Below are positions 26,401 to 40,426 of a stretch of DNA of 64,000 bases, piece by piece (the first letter of the stretch is position 1; every line of letters starts with the position of its first letter). Under the pieces are notes generated by a model that did no database searches, had not been told where the DNA came from, and saw only the letters and a program-made list of their open reading frames with translations. The stretch comes from the human T2T-CHM13v2.0 reference genome, Homo sapiens: assembly GCF_009914755.1 (NCBI RefSeq), contig NC_060947.1, one strand, 5' to 3'. The translations under genes were made by a program, and so were the position numbers.

Positions 26401-29400
26401 CAATTCTATAAAAATGTATTACAAAATACAAATGCGAAGGAGCAGCAGTCCTAGTGTGTCTCAATTATCACATTCTTTGTAAAGTGAAGTAGAAAATATA
26501 TTGCAATACCTTACAAATTATATTTATTTAGGTATGCTAATATAATGTTGTAGAAATAAGAGAAAATATTTATTGTGTTTAACTTTATTAAAATTTCTTT
26601 TTAGCTTTCATACCTGGACTAAAGAAAGGTACAGTAGAAATCAACACAAACCATCACCATGTTGCATGTTTCATTTTAAAATGCAGTGCTGATTTGTGTT
26701 TAAGAACTGTTTACCTTTTTGCTTCTCATAAAACATCAACTGTTTGCTTCAAACACATTTTTGATACATTTAAAATATCTGAAATCTAGGAAGGGCATTC
26801 AGTCAGTTGGATATCTTATATATCTGAATGCTTTTTCTAAATTGTGTGTCATCAATCTTTAGATAATAAAATAAATGTGACTCTATAGTTATTTATTTGG
26901 CTTAAAGTAGTTGCTTTCAAATTACCTATGAATTTATTATTCATTTCTCTCCTCTGATAGTATAAGCATTTTCAGTATTTTGTTTGAGCAGCCATTAAAG
27001 ATATAATTATATTTTTCTGTATTCTATTCCAATTTGATCTATAAATTGTATATGTTTTCTAAATTACTAACAAAGTTTACATTGTTTATGAATTTGTAAA
27101 TAATATGTAATATGCATTTTCTTTGCCAAATTATAACACATGGATTACATGGGAACCTATGATAAGTTAAGGTTGACAGACAAAATATTTCTAAAAACAT
27201 GGAGTTTAAGCAATCAGTTGAAAAATATATATATTTTTTGTGCTGATAAAATTTTAAAATGCTGCAGGATATATTGAATGTTCCAAATATATTTGCACTC
27301 ATTGTGCATATGCACACATTTCTTTGTTGTCCACTTTATATTTGGTGATGTTTCTGTCCTATTGTTCCACTGTTCTTTATAACAATAATTTATTTCACTC
27401 ATACACTTTTATCTTAAACTGTAATGTATAATACATTGATGTTTTGATGAAATAGAAAGAGCACTTAAAGAAAAAATTTTCCTGAAATCCGTCATAAACC
27501 TGAATTGTTATGTAAGGAAGAAACTTACCTTTAATCTTTAATTTTGACATATTAGCAATATTAACAACATACTTTATCAATTTTTGGTATTTTAAATGTA
27601 AAATGTTGCTTTTGACTTTTTACACTGTGTTGGGGTAGTTCTTCTGTTCTTCTATAATCAGTTCTAATGTCCATGATACATTTCTGCCTATCATCTGAAT
27701 AATGAAATGTGATCTCATTTCTCCATCTTTGCTTTGGTTGCCTGTGCCTGTTGGGTAATGCTCAAAGAGTTTTTGCACACTCAGATTTCCTGAGGAGTTT
27801 CCCCAAAGTGTTCTAGTAATTTCATAGTTTGAAGTCTTAGAGTTAAGTCTTTAATATGCATTGATTTGATTTTTTTGTGTATGGCAAGAGATAGCGGTCT
27901 AGTTTCATTCTTCTGCATATGGATATCCAGTTTTCAGTTTTCCAGGAAGTATTGATTGAAGAAACTGTCCTTTCCCTAATGTATATTCTTGGAACATTTG
28001 TTGAAAATGAGTTTACTGTAGATGTATGAATTTATTTCTGGGTTTTCTATTCTGTTCCGTTGGCCTATATGTCTGTTTTTATGCCAGTACAATACTATTT
28101 TGGTTAGTATAGCTCTGTAGTATAATTTGACATCAGGTAATGTGATTTCTCCAGTGTAGTTTTTTTTTGCTTAGGATAGCTTTGGCTATTCTGCGTATTT
28201 TGTGGTTCCATATAAGTTTTAGAATTTTTTTTTCAATTAATGTGAAGAATGTCGTGATTATTTTACAGGGGTTTGCATTGAATCTGTAGATTACTTTGGG
28301 AGTATGAATATCTTAACAATATTTATTTTTCCACATACATGTAATATCTTTTCATTTTTTGTGTCTTCAATTTCTTTCATCAAAGTTTTATAGTGTTCAT
28401 TGTAGAGAATTTCCCTTCCTTGATTAATTTATCATATTTTATTTGTAGCTATTGTAAATGGGATAAATTTCTTGATTCCTTAATGTTGGCACATAAACAT
28501 GTTACTGGTTTTTGTATGTTGATTTTGGATATGAAATCAATATTCATCAGTGATATTGGCCTGTTTTCTTTTTCTGATATGTTGTTGGATTTTGGATACG
28601 AAATCAACATACAAAATTACTAAATTTGTTTATCAGTTCTAATCATTTTCTTGTGGACTCTTTAGGTTTTTCTAAATATAATATCATATCATTAACAAAC
28701 AAGAACAATTTTACTTCTTCCATTTCAACTTGGATGCCCTTTATTTCTTTCTCTTGTCTGATTGCTCTAGCTAGGACTTCCAGTACTATGTTGAATGACA
28801 CTGGTGACAGTGGTCCTCCTTATCATGTTCCAGATCTTAGAGAAAACACTTTTCGTTTTTTCCCCATTCAGTATGATACTAGCTGTAGGTCTGTTGTATA
28901 CGCCCTTTATTATATTGAGGTATGTTCATCCTATAACCAATTCTTAGAGAATTTTTTTAAATGAAGGAATGTTGAATTTATCAAGTAATTTTTCAGCATC
29001 AATTGAAATAATCATATGATTTTTGTCTTTTATTCTGTTGATATGATGAATCACATAGATTGATTTGCATACATTGAGCCATCTTTGCATCTCTAGGTTA
29101 AATCCCACTTGGTCATGATGAATGATGTTTTCAATGTGTTGTTGAATTCAGTTTGCTAATATTTTGTTGAAGATTTTTGCATCAATATTCATCAGTGATA
29201 TTGGCCTGTTTTCTTTTTCTGATATGTTGTTGGTTTTGGTATCAGGGTAATATTAGCCTCATAGAATAAGTTTTGTAGTGTTCCCTCCTTCTCTATTTTC
29301 TAGAATAGTTTGAATAGAATTGGTATTAGTTCTTTCTTAAATATTCGTTAGAAGTCAGCAGTGAAACCCTCTGGTCCTCAGCTATTTTTCTGCTGGAAGA

Positions 29401-29403
29401 TAT

Positions 29404-31405
29404 ATTTTTTCTTTTTTTTTTTTTAACTTTTAAGTTCAGGGGTACAAGTGTAGGTTTGTTACATAGGTAAACTTGTGTCATGGGGATTTGTTGCACAGTT
29501 TGTTTCATCAACCAGGTTTTAAGCCTAGCACCCATTAGTTGTTTTTCCTGATCCTCTCTCTCCTCCCACCCTCCATCCTCCAAGAGACCCCAGTGTGTGT
29601 TGTTCTCCTCTATGTGCCCATGTGTTCTCATAATTTATCTCTCATTAATAAGTGAGAAAATGTGGTATTTGGTTTTCTGGCCCTGTGTTATTTTGGTAAA
29701 AATAATGGCCTTAGGCTCAATTCATGTTCCTGCAAAAGACATAATCTTGTTCTTTTTTATGGCTGCATAGTATTCCATGGTGTATATGTACCACATATTC
29801 TTTACCCAGTCTGTAATTGATTGACATTTAGGTTGATATCATATCTTTGCTATTGTGAGTAGTGCTGCAGTGAACATATGCATGCGTGTGTCTTTATAAT
29901 AGAATGATTTATATTCCTTTGGATATATTCCCAGTAATGGGATTGCTGGGTCAAATGTTATTTCTGTCTTTAGGTCTTTGAGTAATTGCCACACTGTCTT
30001 CCACAGTGGCTGAAATAATTTACGCTCTCACCACCGGTGGATAAGTTTTCCTGTTTCTCTACAACCTCACCAGGATTTCTTACTATTTGACTTTTTTGTA
30101 GCCATTCTGACTGGTGTGAGATAGTATCTCATTGTGGATTTGATTTGCATTTCTCTAACAATCAATGTTGTTGAGCTCTTTTCATATGATTGTTGACCAC
30201 ATGTATGTCTTCTTTTGAAAAGTGTCTGCTCATGTATTTTGTCACTTTTTAATGGAGTTGTTTTTTTTCTTTGTAATTTTTTTTAAGTTCATTATAGATG
30301 CTGGATATTAGACCTTTGTCAGATACAGAGTTTGCAAAAATTTTCTGTCATTCCATAGATTGTTTACTCTGTTGATAGTTTATTTTTGCTATGAAGCAGC
30401 CGTTTCATTTACTTAGATCTCATTCGTCAGTTTTTGCTTCTGTTGCAATTGCTTTTGGAATTTTTTTTATGAAACTTTTGCCAGCGCCTGTATCCGGAAT
30501 GATACTGCCTAGGTTATCTTCCAGGAATTTTATAGTTTTGGGTTTTATGTTTAAGTCTTTAATCCATCTTGAGTTTATTTTTGTATATAGTGTAAGGAAG
30601 GGGTCCAGTTTCAATCTTCTGCATATGCCAGTTATGTCAACACCATTTATTGAATAGAAAATCCTTTCTTCAGAGCTTTTTTTTTTTTTTTTTTTTTGGT
30701 CAGGTTTGTCAAAAATCAGAGAGTTGTAGGTGTGTGGTCTTATTTCTGGGTTCTCTGTTCTATTCCATTTGCCTATGTGTCTGTTCCTGTACCAGTGCCA
30801 TGCCATTCTGGTTACTATAATCCTGTAGTATAGTATAGTTTGAAGTCAGGTAGCATGGTACCTCTGCCTTTGTTCATTTTGTTTAGGATTACCTTGGCTA
30901 TTAGGGCTATTTTTGGTACCATATAAATTTTTAAATATTTTTTTAAAAATTTATTTCTGTAAAGAATGTCATTGATAATTTAATAGGAATAGCATTGAAT
31001 GTATACATTGTTTTAGGCAGGATGACCATTTTAATGATATTGATTATTTCTATCCATGAGCATAAAATGTTTTTCCATTTGTTTGTGTCATCTCTGATTT
31101 CTCTGAGCCATGGCTTGTAGTTCTCCTTGTAGAGATTTTTCACCTCCCTGGTTAGCTGTATTCCAAGGTATTTTATTCTTTTTGTGGCAAATGTGAATAG
31201 GCATCTGTTTGTGGCTCTCAGCTTAACTGTTGTTGATGTATAGGAATGCCAGCACTTTTTGCACATTGATTTTGTGTCCTGAGACTTTGGTGAAGTTGTT
31301 TAACAGCTTCAGAAGCTTCGGGGCTGAAAAAATGTGTTTTTTGTTTGTTTTTTTTTTTAGATATAGGGTCATGTCATCTGCAAACAGAGATAGTTTGACT
31401 TCCTC
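29404..31405 (-). mobile_element. 5'-truncated L1PA13-like element nested in the older L1
   Basis: Poly(T) at ~29405-29424, L1PA 3' UTR and ORF2 fragments. Perfect 15-bp TSD TCTGCTGGAAGATAT (29389-29403 / 31406-31420). Confidence 0.93.
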
Positions 31406-33189
31406 TCTGCTGGAAGATATTTATTATGGCTTTGAGCTCATTATTTGTTATGGATATGTTCAGGTTTTGGATTTCTTAATGGTTTAAACTTGATAGGCTA
31501 TATGTGTCTAGGATTTGTCAATTTCTTCTGGCTTTTTCCATTTATTGGCATATAGTTGCTAATAATGGCCATTAATCATCTTTTGAATTCCTGTGGTATC
31601 AGTTGTAATGTCTCCTTTTACATCTCTGGTTTTATTCAGGTCTTCTCTCTTTTCTCTTAGTCTGGCTAAAGGCTTGTCAATTTTGTTTAAATTTAACAAA
31701 ACAACCTTTTTATTTCATTGATCTTTTGTATTGATTTCTTTGTTTTGATTTCATTGATTTATCTTCTATTATTATTCTTTTTCTTCTACTAATATTGGAT
31801 TTTGTTTGCTCTTGCTTTTCCTGTTGTTTAAGATGCGTCGTTAGGTTGTTTACTTGAAGTTTTTCTCATTTTTTAGTGTAGGCACTTACAGCTATAAACT
31901 TCCCTGTAAGTACTGCTATTGCTATATCCCATAGGGCTCAGTATGTTGTGTGTCCATTATAATTTGTTTCAAGAATTTTTTCAAATTTCTTTTTAATTTC
32001 TGCATTAACATACTGATCATTCAGCAGCATATTGTTTAATTTCTATGTGAGTGTATGGTTTCCAAAATTCCTCTTGTAATTAATTTCTAGTTTTAGTCCA
32101 TTGTGGTGAGAGAAGGTGCTTGATAATTTTTGACTTTTTTGAATGTTTTAAGAATTGTTTTTTGAACTAACATATGACCTTTCCTTGAGAATGATCTATT
32201 TGCTGAGGAGAAAAATGTGTATTCTGCAGCAGATGGGTGAAATTTTCTGTAACTATTAGGATTTTTTGTTCTATAGTGAGGATTAAGTTCAATTTTTTTT
32301 GCTGTTGCTGTTGTTGTTGATTTTCTGTCTGAAAGGTCCAATGCTGAAAGTGTGGCGTTTAAGTCTCCACCTATTACTGTATTGGGGCCTATCTCTATCT
32401 GTGGCTCAATAATATTTGCTATATATATCTGAGTGCTGTAGTATTGAGCACATATATATTTACAATTGTTATATCCTTTTCCTGAATTGACCCATTTATC
32501 ATTATATAATGACTTTCTTTGTCTCATAGTTTTTATATTGAAATATAATTTGTCTGATATAAGTCTAGCTACTACCACTCTTTTTTAGTTTTTATTGGCA
32601 TGGAATATCTTTTACCATCTGTTTATTTGCAATGTATGAGTGCCTTTAAATGTGAAGTATGTTTCTTGTAGGCAATAGATTATATAGTTTTTTTAATCCA
32701 TTAATCCACTCTATGCCTTTTGATTGGAGAATTTAGTTGTTTTTACATTAAATGTTATTATTAACAAATAAGGGCTTATTCTTGCCATATTGTTATTTGT
32801 TTTCTGTTCATTTTGTGGCCTTCTCTTCCTTCTTTCCTTCCTTTTTTCTTCTTTTAGTTAAGATGATTTTCTCTGGTGATACAATTTAGTTTTTTTTTTA
32901 AATTTTTTGTCAGTCAGTTATCTGTTTTTTGATTTAAGGTTACCATGAAACTTGCAAATACTATCTTATAACCCATTATTTTAAGCTAATAATAATTTAA
33001 CACTGTATAAACAAACAAACATAAAAATGTAGAGAAAACTCATAAACACTCTACATTTTATTACCCTACTTTTTAATCTTTTGTTGTTTTTATTGATATA
33101 TTGTTATACTGTCTAGGTCTTGAAAAGTTGTAGTTATTATTTTTTATTGGTTCCTGTTTTAATATTTCTACTTATGATAAGAATAGTTT

Positions 33190-33670
<481 letters not shown>

Positions 33671-34272
33671 TTAAAATCCTTCAGCTTTTGTTTTTTGGCT
33701 GAAGTCTTTATTTCTCCTTCATGTTTAGAGGATATTTTCACCAGATATACTATTATAGAGTGAAAGTATTTTTTCTCCAGCACTTCTTTAAATATGTCAT
33801 GCCACTCTCTCATGCCCTGTAAAGTTTCCACTGAAATGTGCTGCCAGATGTATTGGTGCTCCATTGTATGTTATTTGTTTGTTTTCTCTTGCTGCTCTTT
33901 CTAAAATAATCCTTTCTTTATTTTTGACCTTTGGGAGTTTGATTATTAAATGCTTCGAGATAGTCTCTTTTGGGTTAAATCTCCTTGATGTTCTTTGGGC
34001 TTCTTATACTTGGATATTGATAATATTTCACTAGGTATTGGAAGTTCTCTTTTATTATTTCTTTGAGAAAACTTCCTACTCATATCTCTTTCTCTACCTC
34101 CTCTTTAAGGCCAGTTACTCTTAGATTTGCTCTTTTGAGGCTGTTATCTAGATTCTGTAGTTGTATGTCATTACTTTTATTCTTTTTTCTTTACCTCTGT
34201 GTATTTTCAAATAGCTTATCTTCAAGCTTACTAATTCTTTCTTCTACTTGATCAATTCTGTTATTAAAAGAC

Positions 34273-34633
34273 TGATATTGTTTGGCTGTGTCCCCACTCA
34301 AATCTCATTTTGAATTGTAGCTCCCATAATTCCCATGGGTTGTGGGACGGACCCAGAGGGAGGTAACTGAATCATGGGGATGGGCTTTTCCCATGCTGTT
34401 CTCATGATAGTGAATGAGTCTCATGAGATCTGATGGTTTTATAAAGGAGAGTTCCCCTACACAAGCTCTCTCTTTCCTGCTGCCATGTGAGATGTAACTT
34501 TGCTCTTCCTTGCCTTCCACCATGATTTTGAGGCCTCCCCAACCACGTGGAACTGTGGTTAAACTTCTGTTACCTTGTAAGTTACCTAGTCTCGTGTGTG
34601 TCTTTATCAGCAGTGTGAGAATGGACTAATACA
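34273..34633 (+). mobile_element. THE1B-like solo LTR inside L1 ORF1
   Basis: TGATATTGTTTGGCTGTGTCCCC...GGACTAATACA with perfect TSD AAGAC (34268-34272 / 34634-34638). Confidence 0.94.
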
Positions 34634-36204
34634 AAGACTCTTATGCATTCTTCAGTATGTTAATTGCATTTTTCAGTACCAGAATTTTTACTTGATTCAT
34701 TCTAATTATTTCAATCTCCTTGTTAAATTTATCTAACAGACTTCTAAATTTCTTCTCTGTGTTATCATTGAATTTCTTTGAGTTCCCTCAAAACAGCTAT
34801 TTTTAATTCTCTGTCTGAAAGTTCACATATCTCTATTTCTTCAGGATTGGTCCCTGGTGCCTTATTTAGTTTATTTGGTAAGGTCATGTTTTCCTGGATA
34901 GTCTTGATATTTATGGATTTTCATCTGTGTCTGGGCATTGAGGAATAAGGTATTTATTGTTATCTTTGCAGTAGGGACTTGTTTGTACTCATCTTTCCCA
35001 GGAAGGCTTTCCAGATATTTCAAAGAACTTTGATGTTGTGATCTAAAATATATCTGTATTAGAGAACGCAAGAAGCCCGAAGCCCAGGACAACTTTTTAA
35101 GTTTAAGAACTAAGTAACTGTGGTTCTTGCAGACTTGTATAGGTACTGCCTTGGTGGTTTTGGACAACATCCAGAAGAATTCTGTAGATTATCAGGCAAA
35201 AACTCTTGTTCTCTTTTCTTACTTTCTTCCAAAAAAAAAAAAAAAATGGAGTCTCTCTCTCGCTCTCTGTTCTGAGCTGCCTGGAGTTATTGGTGGAATG
35301 ACACAAGCACCTCTGTGACCACCACTACTAGGATTGTGCTGGGTCAGACCCGATGCCAGTACAATACTGGGCCTCACTCAAGGCCTGATACAACCTCAAC
35401 TTGACTACTGCCTATGTTTTCCCAAGGCCCTGGGGCTCTACAGTAAGCTGCTGGTAAGGCCTTTCAGGCCTGTGTTCTTCCCTTCAAGATGGCGAATTTC
35501 CCCAGGCCCCAGGTATGTCCAGATGTGCCATCCAGGAGCCAGAGACTAGCATTAAATACCTTAGATGTCTAAGTGGTATTCTATTGTACGGCAACTGAGC
35601 TGGCACTCAAACCACAAGATGCAATCCTTCCCACTCTTCTTTCCTTTTTCCAAAGGTAGAGGAGTTTCACCCTGTGGCCACTGCCAACATGAGGCCATGG
35701 AGAATACTGCCAAGCTATTGCTGATGTTTCCTTTAGGTCCAAAGTCTCTTCAGTCAGCTTGTGATGATTGATACCTGGCCTGGGACTCACCCTTCAGAAC
35801 AATGGGCTCCTCTCTCACCCAGGGCAGGTCCAGAAATGCTGTCCAACATCCATGTCCTAGATATGGGGACCTCAAGGGTCCACTTCGTGCTCTACTCCAC
35901 TGTGGTGAGCTAGGACTTAAGGTCCAAGACAAAGTTCCCTTTTCCCTCCTCATTTCTCAATCAGAGGGAGTCTTGCCCCTTACACACACAGCAGGAAATG
36001 TGCTGATTGTAGCCTGAGTCCAGCAAGTCTCAGAATTTCACCCAAGGCACTAGAAGTATTGCCTGGGTATTATTGCTGGTCATTAATCTTCTGTGATCAT
36101 TATTTGTATTTCTGTGGGGTCAGTGGTAATATCTTCTTTGTCATTTCTAATTGTGTTTATTTGGAACTTTTCCCTTTTTTTCTGTATGAGTGTACCTAGA
36201 AATC

Positions 36205-36593
36205 TGATATGGTTTGGCTCTGTGTTCCCCTCAAAATCTCATCTCAAATTATAATCCCCATGTTTCCAGGGAGGAACATGTAATCTCCATGTGTCAAGGG
36301 AAGGAGGTGATTGGATCATAGGAGCAGTTTCCCCCATGTTGGCCTTGTGATAATGAATGAGTTCTCACGAGATCTTATGGTTTTATAAGTGTTTGACAGT
36401 TTCTCCTTCACATGTTCTTTCTCCTGCCACCTTGTGAAGAAGGTACTTGCTTCCCCTTTGCCTTCTGCTATGATTATAAGTTTCCTGAGGCCTACCCAGC
36501 CATGTGGAACTGTGAGTCAATTAAACTTCTTTCTTTTAAAAATTACCCACTCTCGAGTATTTCTTTATAGCAATGTAAAAATGGACTGTTACA
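36205..36593 (+). mobile_element. THE1D/MSTA-like solo LTR
   Basis: TGATATGGTTTGGCTCTGTG...GGACTGTTACA with TSD AAATC/CAATC (4/5). Confidence 0.9.
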
Positions 36594-39589
36594 CAATCTA
36601 TTTCACTAATTTAAAAAAAAACCTCCTAGATTCATTCATCTTTTGAATGTTTTTTCCTGTCTCATTTTCCTTCAGTTCAGCTCTGATTTTGGTTATTTCT
36701 TGTCTTCTGCTAGCTTTGGGCTTGGTTTGATCTTGCTTCTCTAGTTTTCTTTAGTTGTGATGTTAGGTGGTTCAATTGAGATTTTTTTAACTTTTAGATG
36801 TGGGTATTTAGTGCTATAAATTTCCACTTTAACACTGCCTTAGTTGTGTCCCAGAGATTCTGCTATATTGTATCTGTGTTCTTATGAGTTTCAAATAACT
36901 TCTTGATTTCTGCCTCAATTTCATTATTTACCTAAAAGTCATTCATGACCTGAGCAAATTATACAATTTCCATTTAATTGTATGGTTGTGAGCAATTTTC
37001 TTAGTCTTGCTTCCTAATTTGATAGTGCAATGATCTGAGGGAGTGATTCTTATTATTTCAGTTCTTTTGCATTTGCTGAGGAGTGTTTTGTGTCCGATTA
37101 TGTGGTCAATTTTAGAGTATGTGCCGAGTGGCATTGAGAATAATGTACATTCTGTGGTATTTGGGTAGAGATTTCTGTAAATGTCTATTAAGTACATTTG
37201 GTCCAGTGCGGAGTTTAGTTCCTAAATATCTTCATGAATTATCTGTCTAATACTGTCAAAGGGTGTTGAAATCTCCCACTATTATTTTGTGGGAGTCTAA
37301 GTCACTTTGATGATCTCTAAGAACTTGTTTTATGAATCTGAGTGCTAATGTGTTGGGTGCATATATATTTAGGACAGTAAGGTCTTCTTGTTGAATTGAA
37401 CCCTTTACCATTATGTGATGCCCATCTTTGTCTTTTTTCTATATTTGTTGGTTTAAAATATGTTTTTTCTGAAATTAGGATTGAAATCCCTGCTTTTTTG
37501 TTTTCCATTTGTTTGTATATTTTTTTCTATTCCTTTATTTTGAGCTCATGGGTGTCACTGCATGTGAGATGTGTCTCTCAAAGACAGCATAACAATGGGT
37601 CTTGGTTCTTTATGCAACTTAACAGTCTGTGCCTTTTAATTGAGAGCATTTAGCTTGTTTACATTCAAGGTTAGTACTGATATGTATGGATTTGATTCTA
37701 TCATCATCATGTTAGCTGGTTATTCTGCAGACTTGTCTGTGTGGTTCTTCATAGCGTCACTGGCCTGTGTAATTCAGTATGTTTTTGTAGTGGCTGGTAA
37801 CTGCCTTTCCTTTCCATATTTAGTGCTTCTATCAGAAGCTCTTGTAAAGCAGGTTGGTTGGTAATGAATTCCCTCAGCATTTGCTTGTTTGAAGATAATG
37901 TCATTTCTCCTTCATTTGGGAAGCTTAGTTTGGCCAGATATGAAACTCTGGGTTGAAATTTCTTTAAGAATGTTGAATATAGACCCTCAATCTTTTCTGG
38001 CTTGTGAGGTTTCTGCTGAGAGGTCTGCTGTTTGTATGATGGGGTTCTCTTTTTAGGTGACCTGACTCTTCTCTAGTTGCCTTTAATTTTTTTTTTTTAT
38101 TTTGACCTTGGAGAATCTGATGATTGTGTTCGGAATGATTTTCTTGTAAAGTATCTTACTGAGGTTCTCTGAATTTCCTGAATTTGATTCTTGGCTTGTA
38201 TAGCTAGGTTGGGGAAGTGACCATGGATGATATCCTGAAATATGTTTTCAAAGTTGCTTCCATTCTCCTCGTCTTTTTCAGGGACAACAATGCTTCATAG
38301 ATTTGTTCTCTTTCCATAATTCCATTTTTTTTGGAGGTTTTATGTATTCCTTTTAATTCTTTTTTCCCTATTCTTGTCTGACTGTATTATTTTAGAAAGC
38401 TGACCTTCAGACTCTGAGATTCATTCCACAGCTTGGTCAATTCTGCTATTAATACTTGTGATTGCATTATGAAATTTTTGTAGTGTGTTTTTCAGCTCTG
38501 TGAGCTCAGTTATATTATTTTCTATAAAGACCTATTTTGTTTGTTAGTTGTTGCGTCATTTTATTATGATTCTTACCTTCTTTGAATTGGGTTTCAATGT
38601 ACTCCTGCATCTCAATGATCTTAGTTTCTATTCATATTCTGAATTCAATTTCTGTCATGTCAGCTATTTCAGCCCAGTGAAGAACCGTTGCTAGAGAGCT
38701 GGTGTGGTCATTTGGAGGAAAGAAGACACTGTGGCTTTTAGAGTTGTCAGAGTTCTTGCACTGTTCTTTCTTGTCTTTGTGGGCTGATGTTCCTTTAGTC
38801 TTCGAAGTTGCTGTTTTGTGAGGTTTTTTTTTTTTAATCCTATTAGATGCCCTTGAGGGTTTGGTTGTGGTACAAGCTTGGTTCAGTCAACTGGCTTCAT
38901 TTCTGGAAGAATTTGGGGGGCCAAGTCTCTGCTCCCAACTTCTATACTACGTGCTGTAACTCTGGGAGACTGGTATTGGGCCCTGTCTTTGTTCTCTGGC
39001 TCCTCAAAGTTAGGAACCCAATGTGCTCGGAAGGCTGAAATGCTCCCAGACTACTGATCACTACACTCTGATGGCTGGTGCCAGCCAAAACATTTGGTAG
39101 GTCAGTGGCAGTGGGATCTGTCCTTGTTTGCATGTGCCAGCAGCAGTGACAGTGGCAGCACTGTGTGGTACCTGCATGTTGGCTGTGGCAGGGCACCTAG
39201 TGGGTATTGGGGTACTTGTCTCCCTACACACATTCACAGCAGCGACAGAGGCAGCATGGCTCTCTAGGATGGGGATCCCCTCTGGTGACTGTGCATGTGG
39301 TCATACTGGTGGTGGTTTTAGCGCAAGGGCTGGACGCTGTCAGGTGCAGGTCTTTGTGCACCCTCTATGTGCATTCATGCAGGCAGAGGTCCCCACTCAG
39401 GGAATGTGAGGTTCTGCTGTTCTCTGTTCCTAGTTTCACTCTGGAAATAGCATTGGCACAGGGGCAGGGGCCTGGTAAAGGTGGGGCTGCTGGGCTCTGT
39501 GCCCACCAAGGCTCTGACTGCAATGACAGTACGGTGGGGAGAGAGGAGGTGGAGTGAACTCATGCTGGCAGCAGTGGAAGGGCAGGGTT

Positions 39590-39638
39590 CACACACACAC
39601 ACACCCCACACACACACACCCCACACACACACACACAC
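39590..39638. repeat. Interrupted (CA)n microsatellite in L1 5' UTR
   Basis: Seen directly. Confidence 0.9.
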
Positions 39639-40416
39639 CGAGGGGACACGGAATGCAAAAGCCACCTCACACACACTCACCAGCAAGGCAATATGGGGAA
39701 GGGCCGTGGGCCTGAGGGTAGGTGCAGTTGAGGGAGGGAGGGTGTGAGCTAGTGCATGGCCATGGGCTTTGCTCTGCTGGAGCTCTCTGCCAGTGTGGTG
39801 CAGTCCACCAGTGCAGGAGCTATGATGTGGGTCCCCAGGGCACCAGAGGTTGCACCGCAAAGAGGCAGAGTCAGGCTGGGCCTCTGGGACAGGCCAGCAG
39901 ACCAAGGGGTGCGCAGGTTGGACCATCCCCTTCTGATGGGCCTGCAGAGTTCAGGTCTGACAGTTCCTCTAGGGATAAATTCTCCTATTAGAGCAAGTCA
40001 AGCCTGGGGGGTGAGAGTCCCTGACCATGCTCTGCTACAGACGCTCCCGCACCAAACCCTCTGCGCTCCTCACTGGATGAAAGGCTGCCCTTACTACTTC
40101 TCTAAGCAGCTCTCTCTGCCAACGCAAGTGTCTGTGGTAGTCAAGTGGTTTCCTACTGCTGGGATTCCAGAGGTCCATGGTGAGTGCTAATTGCTCCTTG
40201 CCAGTTCAACTTACCTGTTCCCTTAGAGTTACTGGGGGCCAGGAACGAGTCCTGCTGCACAGTAGCCCCTTGCAGTATTCCCAGCTTCCTCCCTCTTCAG
40301 CCCATTTTTGTCTTCCCTTTGTCCACTCTCAGTGCCTTTCCTCTGAAGATCTGTTAGGAGTGCAGCAGCTGTCAGGATCCCTCAGTGGCAGCCGTTCCAC
40401 CTGGCTGCTTCTAGTT

Positions 40417-40426
40417 GGCCATCTTG
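40417..40426 (-). promoter_or_regulatory. YY1 site at the L1 5' end (internal promoter initiation element)
   Basis: GGCCATCTTG reads CAAGATGGCC on the minus strand, at the expected position near the L1 5' terminus. Confidence 0.7.
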
